Source of the DNA: Bispira polyomma
Lineage: Eukaryota
Direction of reading: 5' to 3'
NCBI GenBank assembly: GCA_965649765.1
Contig: OZ287752.1
Span: forward strand, 19,344,001-19,408,000
Length of the DNA: 64,000 nt
Shown here: piece by piece, positions 41,701 to 50,529 of the stretch
Layout of the letters: the number at the start of each line of letters is the position of its first letter
Numbering within the stretch: position 1 is the stretch's first letter
Notes under the pieces: generated by a model
Told to the model about the DNA's origin: nothing
Seen by the model: the letters and a program-made list of their open reading frames with translations, nothing else
The model's database searches: none
Position numbers and translations under genes: made by a program

Positions 41701-44406
41701 TCCCTGAACACACATGGAGTGTACGAAAGAAGAACATCACAAAAAAATGTGTTAATTAATAGGTCAAAGGTTCAATCATATTTTAAAATGAAACAAAATA
41801 AGAAATGAAAATAATAAACCAGATGACACATCCTACGAAACAACCACTCCTAACTCCCGAAAGTTAAGCCCAAATTCTAAACGGAAATGGTACAAAATGC
41901 TGTCTAGATGATCAATGTCTTCGGCATAGTACCATCTCAATATCATAATATATGGTGAATAATAGAAAAATAAAAAAACAGTTTTATGTTTTACAACCAT
42001 TGCTAGGTTTTGTATGTAACACTGACATAAAGTGTAAATTCCCCAAAACTAAAAGAAATACAGATTCCTGAGCAACAGATCAGATTTTGTCTGAAACCTT
42101 ATCAGTTTGAGACCCCATTGAGTTTAAACATGTCCTCCCAATTTAGTGAAAATTGATTATGGAATAAAGATATATGTTGTAAAAGTTTCACTCTGTAATT
42201 GGCTGCAGACAGCTGGAATCACTAAAACGCACACCAGAGACTATACTTGGGCATTTAATAACGGCCTCATGTAAATTACATCGGGGGATTCTCTTGTACT
42301 AACGATACCCTATTGTGCAGAACTTAAGGAAAATTTAATTATATTTTTGGAGTGTCGACTGATTGCCGCCAGACATAGGTTCTGTGATTAACTAATGATG
42401 TCAACTGCTAACTGACAACATAGGGGTCGAAAGGGTTAATCAAAATGTTTACCTTCCTAAATACCCAAGAGGGTCATGTTGTCATGTAAATAATGATACT
42501 TATTTTGAATGTGAAAAGTACTAATAATAAAAAGGAAACAATCCTGCACTTTTCTAATATTAACCATATTCAGTGTGCCTCAAAACGAGTGCTATAAAAA
42601 GCTCTAGTGTTGTACTGTACTGTGAACTGTTCACACTTGCCAAGAGACAAATATTATGTTTTTTTTTTCATTGGCAGCCTTAAATACTGTATAAGTGTAC
42701 ATTTAATGTTAGGTTGATTGTAATACTCTGTTATGTTTGTGTTTGAAGACATTTATAAACTCTCCACTTGACTTTAATTGACCTTAATTATTCCAACTTT
42801 AATAATTTGTTACTTGATGGTAGCCTTTATACACTAAATTTCCTTCTTATTGACCCAATAATAGAAAACTATCCCGCTATCCTGCTGATTCAGTCCAAAT
42901 TATTATTAGTGAAAGGTTCCCACCATAACTGTGTAGACCACATTCTGTTTGTGTGTAATCAATGTGTATGTATGCATCGGCTCATATTATTGTGCTATGG
43001 CCCAGAAACAGATGATTTCACAAAATATATTGTGTACGCACACAAACTGACACAACATTGTTTTAAGTATATTCATTAACAAAAATAGCTAGGCTATTAT
43101 TAAAGCTAGTATCTCAGCTATTGTTTCTTCTATGTCATGTATATTTAACAGCAACAGTAAAAATTTCCCATTCCGGTATAGTAGCCACACTACCCAATAA
43201 GATCTACAACTGTGATAAATATGAAGTCGTTGCCACTTGTGCTTACTGAGAAATCTTCTGGAGAAATTTAAACTCGTTGAAACTCACTTGGTTATGAACT
43301 GCCCACTTGGAAAACTTTTCCCACATCAGTGAAAAAACTAACATTGCAGTGATGATATTATATATAGATTACTCTGATGAAGATACCTTAAAGGGATTTG
43401 AAATTATAATTTTAAATTACAATTGTGATTACTTATGCAAATAACTTTTCAGTGTGTGTTTTCTCCATTGGCAAACATATGAAAAATATACGTTCCTTAA
43501 GGTAGAATAGATACAATCATTAGGATGGTTATAGAACACACTTTTTTAAAATATATCAACAAAACAAACTCACTGTATACTTTGTTGTTTAAATCCAGGT
43601 ATCTATTTCCAGCATCTCCACCCTGGTTTTCCACATTACACCTGTATCTAACAGCGTCAGTAAGGATGTTCACCTCAGGTATAGTCAGTCTGAGTGACGT
43701 GTCTGTGTAAGTCCAAGTCACATCTCTGTCTTCTAAAGGGCCTCCTAACAGTTCAGTACCAGGTAAAACTGCTTTAGAGAAAAGGTACACTTCATTGTCT
43801 GTCTGACTGTTGTACCAACGAACATCATACACGTCAGCTTCACTGAGTCCATATTCACACACTAGAGTAACACTCTCACCATTCAGTACATAATATGTAG
43901 ACCCATCTCTGTAGTCGGATTCATAGTGAGTTGTCACACTGATTTCAGCTGATGTCAATGCATATAGCAGAACAACTGTAAATATTTTCATACAAATGAA
44001 ATATGTTAAATGTATTTAAGATGTATACTAGTATTAATAGATTGTCTGAAGAGTACAGGCTGTATTTATCAGTATTAATCAACTTATACTCCGTTAATAC
44101 ATTTAAGCAAATGGTTATAATAATACATCATAAGTATTCACTAATTATAACTCAGTGTCTGTTTCAAATATCAATATTACATTCAGTGACAACCTAAATT
44201 TACAAGGAAACAATATTTCTAACTTAACCGTCCTTGATGTTCCATCCATGTTTTATCATGTTATATGTTATTAATTAATTTACTTTTTGTAAATTGACGG
44301 ACTATATCATTATATAAATTGATTGTTTACTGTATAATATAGTACAGTGAAAAATATGGAACTTACTGACACATAATGAAAACATAAATGTATTATATCC
44401 TGCCAT
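2514..44406 (-). CDS. Ig-superfamily cell-surface/adhesion protein gene (nephrin/echinoid-like; signal peptide, 7 Ig, FN3, FN3-like), 3'-incomplete in window; two alternative N-terminal cassettes
   Basis: 12 coding exons with canonical GT donors (and AG acceptors for the 10 non-leader exons), all phase 1, joining without stops: about 928 codons via L1-V1 or 924 via L2-V2 to the constant exons. Cys/Trp Ig motifs and an FN3 motif are present. No TM exon was found between 1 and 2513. Confidence 0.9.
3106..3381 (-). CDS. Constant exon 7: fibronectin type III domain (GVPQAPHSLRIDSVTAISITVSWLAGRNGGATQTFTITY...LDPETDYLIEIMATNVFGDS...KTL)
   Basis: Translated by hand (absent from the ORF track); acceptor CTTCAG|GT, donor CTAG|GTAAT, 276 nt; classic FN3 W, GG, LxPxTxY and AxNxxG motifs. 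Confidence 0.92.
3521..4211. mobile_element. MITE / non-autonomous TIR DNA transposon, probable TA target duplication
   Basis: TAAATTGTGGTTCCA (3521-3535) vs TGGAACCACAACTTA (4197-4211), 14/15 inverted match; subterminal IR CCCGATTTTGAG / CTCAAAATCGGG; CpG-richer than the flanks. Confidence 0.7.
4631..10381 (-). mobile_element. YR retrotransposon A (Ngaro-like), complete A1-B1-A2-B2 termini, internally deleted
   Basis: gag 9815-~8700 (CKKCQKKHYPPTGKNC; C-terminal C/H finger); RT remnant (KIDVSRAFRH, catalytic core deleted); RNase H (LDAC...CDN...ASDLLSR); YR C-half (HTFRCSG, HGTWTSDCVWTY). A repeats at 10153-10381 and 5293-5527; B repeats at 5528-6012 and 4631-5118. No TSD, no methyltransferase. 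Confidence 0.92.
10382..10795 (+). repeat. Helentron/pearl-like element 3' part
   Basis: GCCATCTTG-family units, then a (GGC)n-like tract and 3' hairpin GTATCCA..TGGATAC (10772-10790), same end as at 16849-16868. Confidence 0.55.
10836..11144 (-). CDS. Constant exon 6: Ig (I-set-like) domain
   Basis: Acceptor TTTCAG|TT, donor CAAG|GTAAG, 309 nt; LNCTVRAYP...DFGLYQVVLNNGVG (second Cys replaced). Confidence 0.88.
11460..11862 (+). repeat. Pearl/Helentron-like element with two ~144-bp tandem units
   Basis: Starts ACAAGG...GCTCAC; near-identical units CATCTTGTTTTTCGGAATGGGCCCAAATAC at ~11640 and ~11785. Confidence 0.6.
13275..13553 (-). CDS. Constant exon 5: Ig domain
   Basis: Acceptor TTTTAG|TT, donor CAGT|GTGAGT, 279 nt; LTCEATGGNP...YSW...AGVYSCVARN. 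Confidence 0.92.
13908..13977. repeat. Minisatellite, 3 x ~23 bp GGGGGGAGTGATAGTATAGAACA
   Basis: Direct reading. Confidence 0.85.
14290..14860. repeat. Degenerate tandem repeat, ~286-bp period
   Basis: GATA(T/C)AACAC.AAATACTAGAAATTGA at ~14420 and ~14706; TGACCC(T/C)(G/A)GTT motif at ~14310, 14497, 14801. Confidence 0.55.
15490..16872 (+). repeat. ~147-bp tandem array (~7 units) inside a Helentron/pearl-like element
   Basis: CCCAAGGTCAAA anchors at ~15759, 15905, 16051, 16198, 16345; the element ends with (CGG)n and hairpin GTATCCAC-CTCG-GTGGATAC. Confidence 0.8.
17395..17610 (-). mobile_element. LINE (L2/CR1-like) ORF2 3' fragment
   Basis: LLVPK...KSFANDAPTLWNSLP.../SFRCSLKTYL, typical L2/CR1-clade C-terminus with a frameshift. 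Confidence 0.7.
19957..20095 (-). mobile_element. Degenerate SINE body fragment related to the SINE at 55833
   Basis: Reverse complement shares GGTTT.CAG.GCA.AACCTTGA.CAAC and a ..ATATGACC...TTAAA 3' end with the 55.8-kb SINE. Confidence 0.45.
20228..20539 (-). CDS. Constant exon 4: Ig C2-set (nephrin/CD80-like) domain
   Basis: Acceptor TTTTAG|TT, donor AAAT|GTAAGT, 312 nt; VICRTDEGNPAPTVRWY...STLTI...YSCVV. Confidence 0.92.
21493..21774 (-). CDS. Constant exon 3: Ig domain
   Basis: Acceptor TTTCAG|TT, donor TTAT|GTGAGT, 282 nt; IECISTSANPEP...NGVIYKCTA. Confidence 0.9.
22060..22135 (-). mobile_element. tRNA-derived SINE head remnant
   Basis: Minus strand reads CTGTGGCCTAGTGGTTAGAGTGTCAGACTT (Pol III A box). 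Confidence 0.45.
23458..23754 (-). CDS. Constant exon 2: Ig domain
   Basis: Acceptor CCCTAAG|TT, donor TGGT|GTGAGT, 297 nt; FTCTTSSNPLP...DNKAEFFCRI. Confidence 0.88.
23984..24310 (-). CDS. Constant exon 1: Ig C1/C2-like domain (first shared exon)
   Basis: Acceptor TTATTGCAG|TA, donor TATG|GTATGT, 327 nt; RPSSVTL...IECEV...NGTYTV...VQCEVTW. Confidence 0.88.
25183..25310. repeat. Short direct duplication, ~80-bp period
   Basis: ATAGTCTTACACA.CAGTAGCC.TTATAT.TAGCCACAAAAGACAAA twice. Confidence 0.75.
25569..29518 (-). mobile_element. YR retrotransposon B (Ngaro-like), heavily deleted
   Basis: A repeats at 29301-29518 and 25569-25787; gag (KSGRFN, CKLFNNGKC finger); RT N-part; jump at ~26560 into the YR C-half (AFLVAFFDFLRL, HTFRRSG, HALWR). 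No B2 seen. Confidence 0.88.
27801..27843. repeat. Microsatellite-like 12-mer ACATTACTACAG x ~3.5 within element B
   Basis: Direct reading. Confidence 0.8.
30897..31283 (-). CDS. Variable exon V2: signal-peptide tail (MLEVAHT) + Ig V-set domain
   Basis: Acceptor CATTAG|TC, donor TTAG|GTTAGT, 387 nt, phase 1-1; YYILDGEQLTLEC...W...YKSRI...EFRCNV. Confidence 0.9.
32087..32129 (-). CDS. Leader exon L2 (MAPRVFWNIGLLCL + G)
   Basis: ATG, 14 codons + 1 nt, donor CTAG|GTATGT; joined to V2 it gives signal peptide MAPRVFWNIGLLCLVMLEVAHT-EVTQ. Confidence 0.8.
32934..34177 (+). repeat. Local duplication copy 1
   Basis: Aligns by eye to 37821-38110 and 39330-39952 (e.g. TAAGTGTGTCTATTTTGTGGGTAAACT; GGGATCCAAAT.TATCAGT.ACATAATGTCC). 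Confidence 0.8.
34180..34380 (+). repeat. Possible orphan terminal (A-type) repeat of another YR-retrotransposon family
   Basis: Shares the ATTGG, TTCCCGCC and GAAGAAC..ACAC motif set of the A repeats of elements B and E; no adjoining ORF. Confidence 0.3.
34390..37823 (-). mobile_element. YR retrotransposon C (same family as E), 3'-truncated after RNase H
   Basis: A1 ~37634-37823 matches E A1 in reverse; gag (LVNKRLAEY, WLHNMHEI); RT pieces (KLDEARAFRNLRV); RNase H (IDACLT, ADALSR); no YR. Confidence 0.88.
37821..39952 (+). repeat. Local duplication copy 2 (with ~1.2-kb unrelated insert ~38120-39330)
   Basis: See copy 1. Confidence 0.75.
41290..41420 (-). mobile_element. L2-like LINE/SINE 3' tail remnant
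   Basis: Minus strand AAGCGCTTTGAAC...AAGGCACTATATAAA resembles the conserved L2 3' stem-loop tail. Confidence 0.4.
43574..43975 (-). CDS. Variable exon V1: signal-peptide tail (VLLYALTSA) + Ig V-set domain
   Basis: Acceptor TTTACAG|TT, donor TACA|GTGAGT, 402 nt, phase 1-1; YYVLNGESVTLVC...VRWY...LRLTI...DAVRYRCNV. Confidence 0.9.
44367..44406 (-). CDS. Leader exon L1 (MAGYNTFMFSLCV + A)
   Basis: ATG, 13 codons + 1 nt, donor GTCA|GTAAGT; joined to V1 it gives signal peptide MAGYNTFMFSLCVIVLLYALTSA-EISV. Confidence 0.8.
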
Positions 44407-46587
44407 GTCATACATTTGGTCACGCAGATAATTATATATATATATAAACACACACAGTCTATATTCCAGATACTTCCTTACTATATCAAGTACCCAAACC
44501 TAAGAATATGTCATACAGGTAAACACGATATGTGTAATGTATTATATTACCGTCGATTTATATTTCTTGTTATATCAATGTCTTTAAACAAATTGTAGAC
44601 TATTATAGAACTATTTTACATGAAAATATTTTGCCTGTAAAATATAGAAATAGATAAAGCTCACCCATTGGAGCTGAATATTTATAAATAAAAATTACTG
44701 TTTATTTAGTTTTCATTATATATAATTGTTATGCAACCATTATATTTTAATCTGGTATAAATTCATAATTGGTTTACAATTCTACTTAATTTAAGTTGGA
44801 ATGATATCACTGTCAGTGTTAAAGAAAGATAAAACTTAAGTAGGAAAAGGGCTTGGCAGTGTAGTATAGATAGGAGTTCCAAATTACAAACAAGTTTGAA
44901 AGCTAACGCTCCCAGCGTTGGCAGCCTCAGTTCTGGGGTACCAGGCTGTTCACTACTATGGGATGGATGGGCGAGTATATAAGCCATCCCCCTTTCAAAT
45001 TCTCCCGCCATTTACCGTTTGTCAGCAGAGCACTAGGAAAATTCAAATACTGTTTGGGTGACAAAGAGAGTGCTTTATGTTTTACACCGTTATATGGATT
45101 TTAGTATTTTAATTCAATATACACTCAAGTCATGCCAGGTAAAAAGACTGTGTTTTGTCCGAAATGTTTGCAAAAACATGAGAGACCGATTGGAAGAAAC
45201 TGTTCGGTTAATATGCCTGATGTCTCGGGTGAGGGAGTGGAGGTTGACGCTGGCTCCCATAAGGACTCGCTGGTTCATCCAAACGAGGTTGTATCTAGCG
45301 CTATACTACAGCAGTTGCACTGACTTAGCCAGGTAGTCGAGAGGATGGATCAGCGAGTCCAGCAGACGGAGGCAGCGTTAGCAGCCAACCTCACCAGTAG
45401 TAAGGCAAGTACCGTTCCTTCTAGCATCACTCCTAGTGTTTCTAAAAAGCTAGTCTCTGCTGACGAAGGTAAAAGCCCACCTACCGGCCCAGATACTGTC
45501 GTTCCGATTGTCAAATTTTTGAGTCAGAACGCTCAGATTCAGTTCCAAGTCAAACAGAGGTTAAAGGAACTCCGGTCTCTTAATGAAAATCCCTCAAGTA
45601 AAATTTAGTCTCAGAGAATTGGGGGAAATGAGGTTATTGTGAAAAAGGCCAATGGCCCCAGAATTATGTGCTGACCGGCAGTTCGAAGACTCGCCCTAGT
45701 TACGACGACTTAACCCTTGTACAATGGGTTTGTGGCTTCACCCGGATCGCTCATGAGGAGAAGTCGACTGAAATTAAGAACGCTATGCTAGATTACATGA
45801 GTGACCTCATGGAGGACGCCCAAGACTTTTCGTGGGAGGCGGCGAAGGCCTGCCACGCGGTAGTCCTAACCAATATGGAAATGGACAAGCTTGGGTGATT
45901 GGATGTCGAGAAGGTTGACTGGATTCGCAGGGCACACGCCCAACGTCATGTAGGTGTGTCAAGATCTATTCATGGGCGAATGGCCATGCTGTTTGCACTG
46001 GCAGTAGTAAAACTAGTCAGAAAAAGTCGACACCTTGCAGGGTATTCCAAGAAGGAACTTGCAAGTTCTCTAGCTCACATAATACAGGGGGGCAAAGAAA
46101 GGCATAGGCATAGTTGTGAAACTTGTGGGGGTAGTCATAAGACCAGTATGTGTAGCAAAAAAGAGGCAAAAAACTGAGGGGTCACTGCTTGGATGCAGTG
46201 GATAAAAAGGTAAAAAAATTTAAGGTTGTAAATAGAACTGTCTATGGCACAGGCTTCAAAGATTTTCATTTGTTTGAAAAAAATGTGTATCAGAAAATGT
46301 GTAAATATATGAAGGTCAAAAGGCCTAATGTTAGTTATAGTGATGCTTTAAAAAGTACTGCTAGTACCAGAAAACCAATGTTTGTATATAATACTGGACA
46401 TACAGAAAGTCTGAGCAATAAGGGTGGGGTTGACAGGTTTAACTCTGGAAAGGTGACACAAAAGGGCAGATTTTGCCAACCATAAAAGGTTGGTAGAGCT
46501 GAAATCAAGAATAATGTTGACACCTCTGCTGCCACATCTATTCAAAGGAGTGAAAAGTTAACACCTGCAATTGGCACCTCCATTCAA

Positions 46588-48720
46588 GTGGCTAAGAAAG
46601 TGACACCTATTGTGAAGCGACCCCCATGCACAAAGCAACAGGGTGTGGAGACCAAAGGTGTTAGAAAATCGATTCAGAGGGGGGACGAAAAGAGCCGCGT
46701 CAATGAAGCTAACTGTGGCCTTCAGCTTAACAATAGGTTTTCCACGTTGGCACAGATACCTGTGGAGGACAATGCAGTCATTGTGAGGGTCGTTCGCTCT
46801 AGTAACACGCCGGGTAACAATGGGGGCTTTGCAAAGCACCAAAAGACAAGTACTTGCGCAGAATGTGTTAATGAAAATGTTGAAACCTCTGATAAGTATT
46901 CGTGTGCTTTAAAGCACAAGAAAAATAAAAGGGAGTTGCTGCAGAAGGCGGCCTCGAATCAAACACACAAAAAATGGCAGGACCAGAGTAGTCATGCTTA
47001 TGGTTTTATTCCTCTCTCGGCTTTGGGCCGTGAGATTGCCGACCATGGTGGGGGAGGGCACAAACTATCCATATTACAAATGCATAAGAAACTACGTCTT
47101 GATGGCAGGCATAATTATACTGGCCTCCAGATTCCTGTCCATTGTCAATTAAAAGCTGAAACGTGGGGAAAGTATTTACAAACCTACTGGGATTGGCAAC
47201 TGCCTCTCTTTATAAAATACGGATTCCCTCTTGATGTGTGTCAAAAAATTTGTACCGAGTCGAATGAAACTAACCATAAGTCGGCAGAGGAATTTCCTCA
47301 ACATGTAGATGCCTATATGAAGGAAGAATGTGGCTTTGGGGCAATGCTTGGTCCTTTCGACACTCCACCAATTCAGAATTTGCATTGTTCCCCTTTAATG
47401 ACCAGACATAAACCCAACTTGATTAACAGACGTGTGATTGTGGACTTGAGTTGGCCTCAAGGGGCTTCAGTAAATGCAGGTGCTTCATCGACTTCGTATC
47501 TGGGTGTCGATTTTTTACTGTCTTACCATTCCATTGATCATCTTACTACTGAAGTGTCTAAATTGGGTAAGGATTGTCAGATATTTAAAATAGACGTGAG
47601 TAGGGCGTATCGCCACGTCCCCATCGACCCTGGTGACATTGACCTCTTAGGGTTGAAGTGGAAATCTTGCTATGTCAATAAGTCGCTGCCGTTCGGTTAT
47701 TTGAATGGCAGCACTATTTTTCAACGAATTTCGGATGCAGTGCGTTTCATAATGCACTCAGAAAATCATAACGTCCACAATTATATCGACGATTTTTTAT
47801 GTGTATCACTTCCCAGCAAAATTCAGAAAACGTTCATAAGACTGCAAGAATTACTTGCTGAACTGGGTCTTACAGTTAGTCAGAAAAAATTGGTTCCACC
47901 CAACACTGAGGTAGTCTGCTTAGGCATAATAATTGACACAGTCAAATGCACAACTTCTATCCCATCTGAAAAAATGGCAGAAATTCAGAGCAAGTGCAGG
48001 GATTGGGCTTCAAAAAACTATTATACCAAGAGAGAACTACAGTCCTTACTGGGCCTTTTGCTATATATCTCTAAATGTGTTAAATATGCTCGGGTTTTCT
48101 TGAATAGAATGTTGGAACTGCTACGAGATAATCACAGTAAAAATATAATTGTAATAAGTGATGCATTCAGATGTGACTTAAATTGGTTTAGAACTTTTGC
48201 AGAGCAGTTCAATGGTGTTTCCTTTTTCTTACATAAACCCATATCAGGCGAGATACAATTGGATGCCTGCCTCACAGGCATGGGGGGGGGGGGGGATTTA
48301 TGGAAATCAAGTATACCAAATTAAAGTTCCTACAGGTATGACAGAGTATAATATAGCTTCTCCCGAAATGTTGAACATTTTGGTAGCAATGAAGTTATGG
48401 GTCCAAAAATGGAAGGGTCAGAGAATTTTAGTAAGATGTGACAATCAGGCAGTAGTCAGTGTCTTACAGACAGGCCGTACTAGAGACCCCATTGCAGACC
48501 CCTATTGGCCACTTATACCAGAAACATATACATGTTAGCCAGTAAGTTTGACATTGAAATTGTTGTAGTCCATATTCTAGGTAGAGAAAATAAAGTGGCT
48601 GACTTACTTTCCAGATGGGCAGAGACAGAAAGTAACCACCTATTATTAAATCAACTGGCTGGACCAATTCCATGGCTTCCTGCCCCTGAAAATTTACTTC
48701 ATGTGAACACTCTTATATAG
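46588..48720 (+). pseudogene. Element D reverse transcriptase / RNase H
   Basis: KIDVSRAYRH, LPFG, NYIDD, CLGI motifs; LDAC, RCDN, VADLLSR RNase H motifs; frameshifts at the poly-G (~48282-48296) and ~48500. Confidence 0.92.
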
Positions 48721-48744
48721 CAGGTGCTAGTTTTTCTTTTCCAG

Positions 48745-49730
48745 GCACTCACCCTGTGGGTCTGGCTCTGATGAGACGGGCTTGTGATAGGCTGAACTTA
48801 GCTCTGACTCCTGCCACTAATAAAGCATATGACAGAATGTTCCAACAGTTCCTAGCTTTTGGAGCCTTTATGTCGTGGCCTCCCCACAAGGTGACTGTGT
48901 TGCAAATTTTAGCATAATTAGAGTTTCTAAATTTCAATGGTGTTTCGGCCTCTCAGGTAGTAAATCACATCTCGGCTGTGAAGGCAAAATGTGTTATGTT
49001 TCATATAGATGTTCAAGTATTTTCTGATCAGAGAATTTCTTATTTCACTAAAGCCTTGGCTATGCATAGACCTTTACAAGCGAAATTGAAGTCAATTTTT
49101 GATGTGCACTTGCTTAGGGCTCTCATTAGTAAATGTGATAGTACTTACATGGGCCAAATTTTCAAGGCTGTTTATTTGACAAGTTTTTTTACATTTTTGC
49201 GTTTATCCAATCTGTGTCCTCATTCAATGGGGTCATACTCTCCTTTTAAGCAATTAGCTAGAGCTGATGTTTTGTTTAAGCCAGGGTATACAGTCATCAT
49301 GGTTAAATGGTTTAAGACGCTGCAGAAAAATGATGCAGTTCGGTTGCTAACCATCCCAAGTATATAAAATTCAATTCTTTGTCCTGTTCAGGCCTTGAAA
49401 GCTGTGTTAGCCATCTCATTTAAAGGAAAAAATCTCCCATTATTTCAATTTAAACTCCAAGGCTCGTGGATTCCACTAACGGACACATGTGTGCGAAGGC
49501 ACCTCAAAAATGTACTATCCTTACTTGGTACTCAATACTCTGGCTTGACCTTTCACGCCTTCCGACGTTCAGGTACCACCTTTGCGTTTAACAATAATGT
49601 CAAGATTCAGGATATTCAAAAACATGGCACCTGGACGTCGGATTGCGTGTGGCGTTACATCTCAGACTCTGCTGATGCTGGTACTCCAGTTGCAGATTCC
49701 TTTAAAGATGTCCTACAAAACACCTACTAG
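48745..49730 (+). pseudogene. Element D tyrosine recombinase
   Basis: FFTFLRLSN (R), HAFRRSG (HxxR), HGTWTSDCVWRY (H/W, Y); in-frame stops. Confidence 0.92.
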
Positions 49731-50197
49731 TTTGGGGCTTGGTGGTCTAACTTAAATATTTAGGCTTAAGATATGTCAAAATAACACTAAATATTATACC
49801 TTTTTTGGGCATAAGGTCCCCCCTTCATTATATTAGTACATATTGTACACAAGTATCTAAAGTTCGACTTAAAACCCTAAGTCAAACTTTAGACTAGCAT
49901 GAATTTAAAGTTTAATCTCTTAAGTTTGCCCTAAAATTAAAATTTCTACCAAACTTAAACTCTTAACCTTAAACTCAAATCCTCTAAGTTTGGACTCAAA
50001 GTCAACTTTGGCAAACTTATACTCTCAAACTCATTGTACCTAAGGTCACCTAAACGTAAGCTTTGTATAAGCTCAAGGCCTTAAACTCACTTGAGTTAAG
50101 GGGACCTTATGCCCACAACAGTATTACGTATTCTACAAAGAAACTGTATATAAAAAATGTTAGTAGTAGAAATCATATATATATATAATAAAAGTAT

Positions 50198-50420
50198 TTA
50201 ACCGCAATCTTACACAACCCATTGAACAACGAATCTGTAAACTTTGTGAACAAGATGTTGAAAATGAAATATATTTTATTGCCCTTGATATATAGAAAAA
50301 AATATAGTGAACTAGGAAAATCCCCAATTGGTTTTGACTTTTAAGTTCAAATAAAATTAAAAACATTTATGGAGAAACAAAATATCTGTAAATTTACTAC
50401 CTAATAACTATGCAATAACA
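50198..50420 (+). mobile_element. Non-LTR retrotransposon 3' fragment (C-terminal zinc knuckle)
   Basis: NRNLTQPIEQRICKLCEQDVENEIYF resembles the RxCxxC...E(D/N)ExHF LINE C-terminus. Confidence 0.55.
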
Positions 50421-50529
50421 TTTTTGTATTTACATCTTCCAAAATGTACTCAATTTGACGAACTATTTAGGATATATTTTATATGTTTGTATAATGTACT
50501 ACGACTGTCTTCTTGGCTCTATGAATTGA

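Larger units (their letters stand above)
44800..50120 (+). mobile_element. YR retrotransposon D (Ngaro-like, A-type gag); most intact coding region; 5' boundary approximate, 3' A2/B2 not seen
   Basis: gag 45132-46177 (CPKCLQKHERPIGRNC; several stops); RT/RH 46588-48720; YR 48745-49730. Confidence 0.92.

Noticed and set aside
43497-43573. Hydrophobic tail (TM/GPI) on V1 by read-through
   Set aside because: Lies past a strong GTGAGT donor; hydrophobicity is expected from T-rich intron sequence; cannot be excluded without RNA data
30860-43580. V(D)J-type recombination signals after the V exons
   Set aside because: No CACAGTG heptamer/nonamer 3' of V1 or V2; the TACAGTG at the V1 end is just the splice donor; both V exons already include the G strand and a donor
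44660-44680. Alternative micro-leader ATGG|GTGAG
   Set aside because: Would give a very short signal peptide; the 44367-44406 exon fits much better; it could still be a UTR exon donor
48500-48750. DIRS1/PAT-type methyltransferase domain
   Set aside because: RNase H is followed directly by the YR frame in D and F; no MT motifs, hence the Ngaro-like call
44800-50120. Active autonomous retrotransposon
   Set aside because: Stops in gag and YR, frameshifts in RNase H, and no 3' repeats
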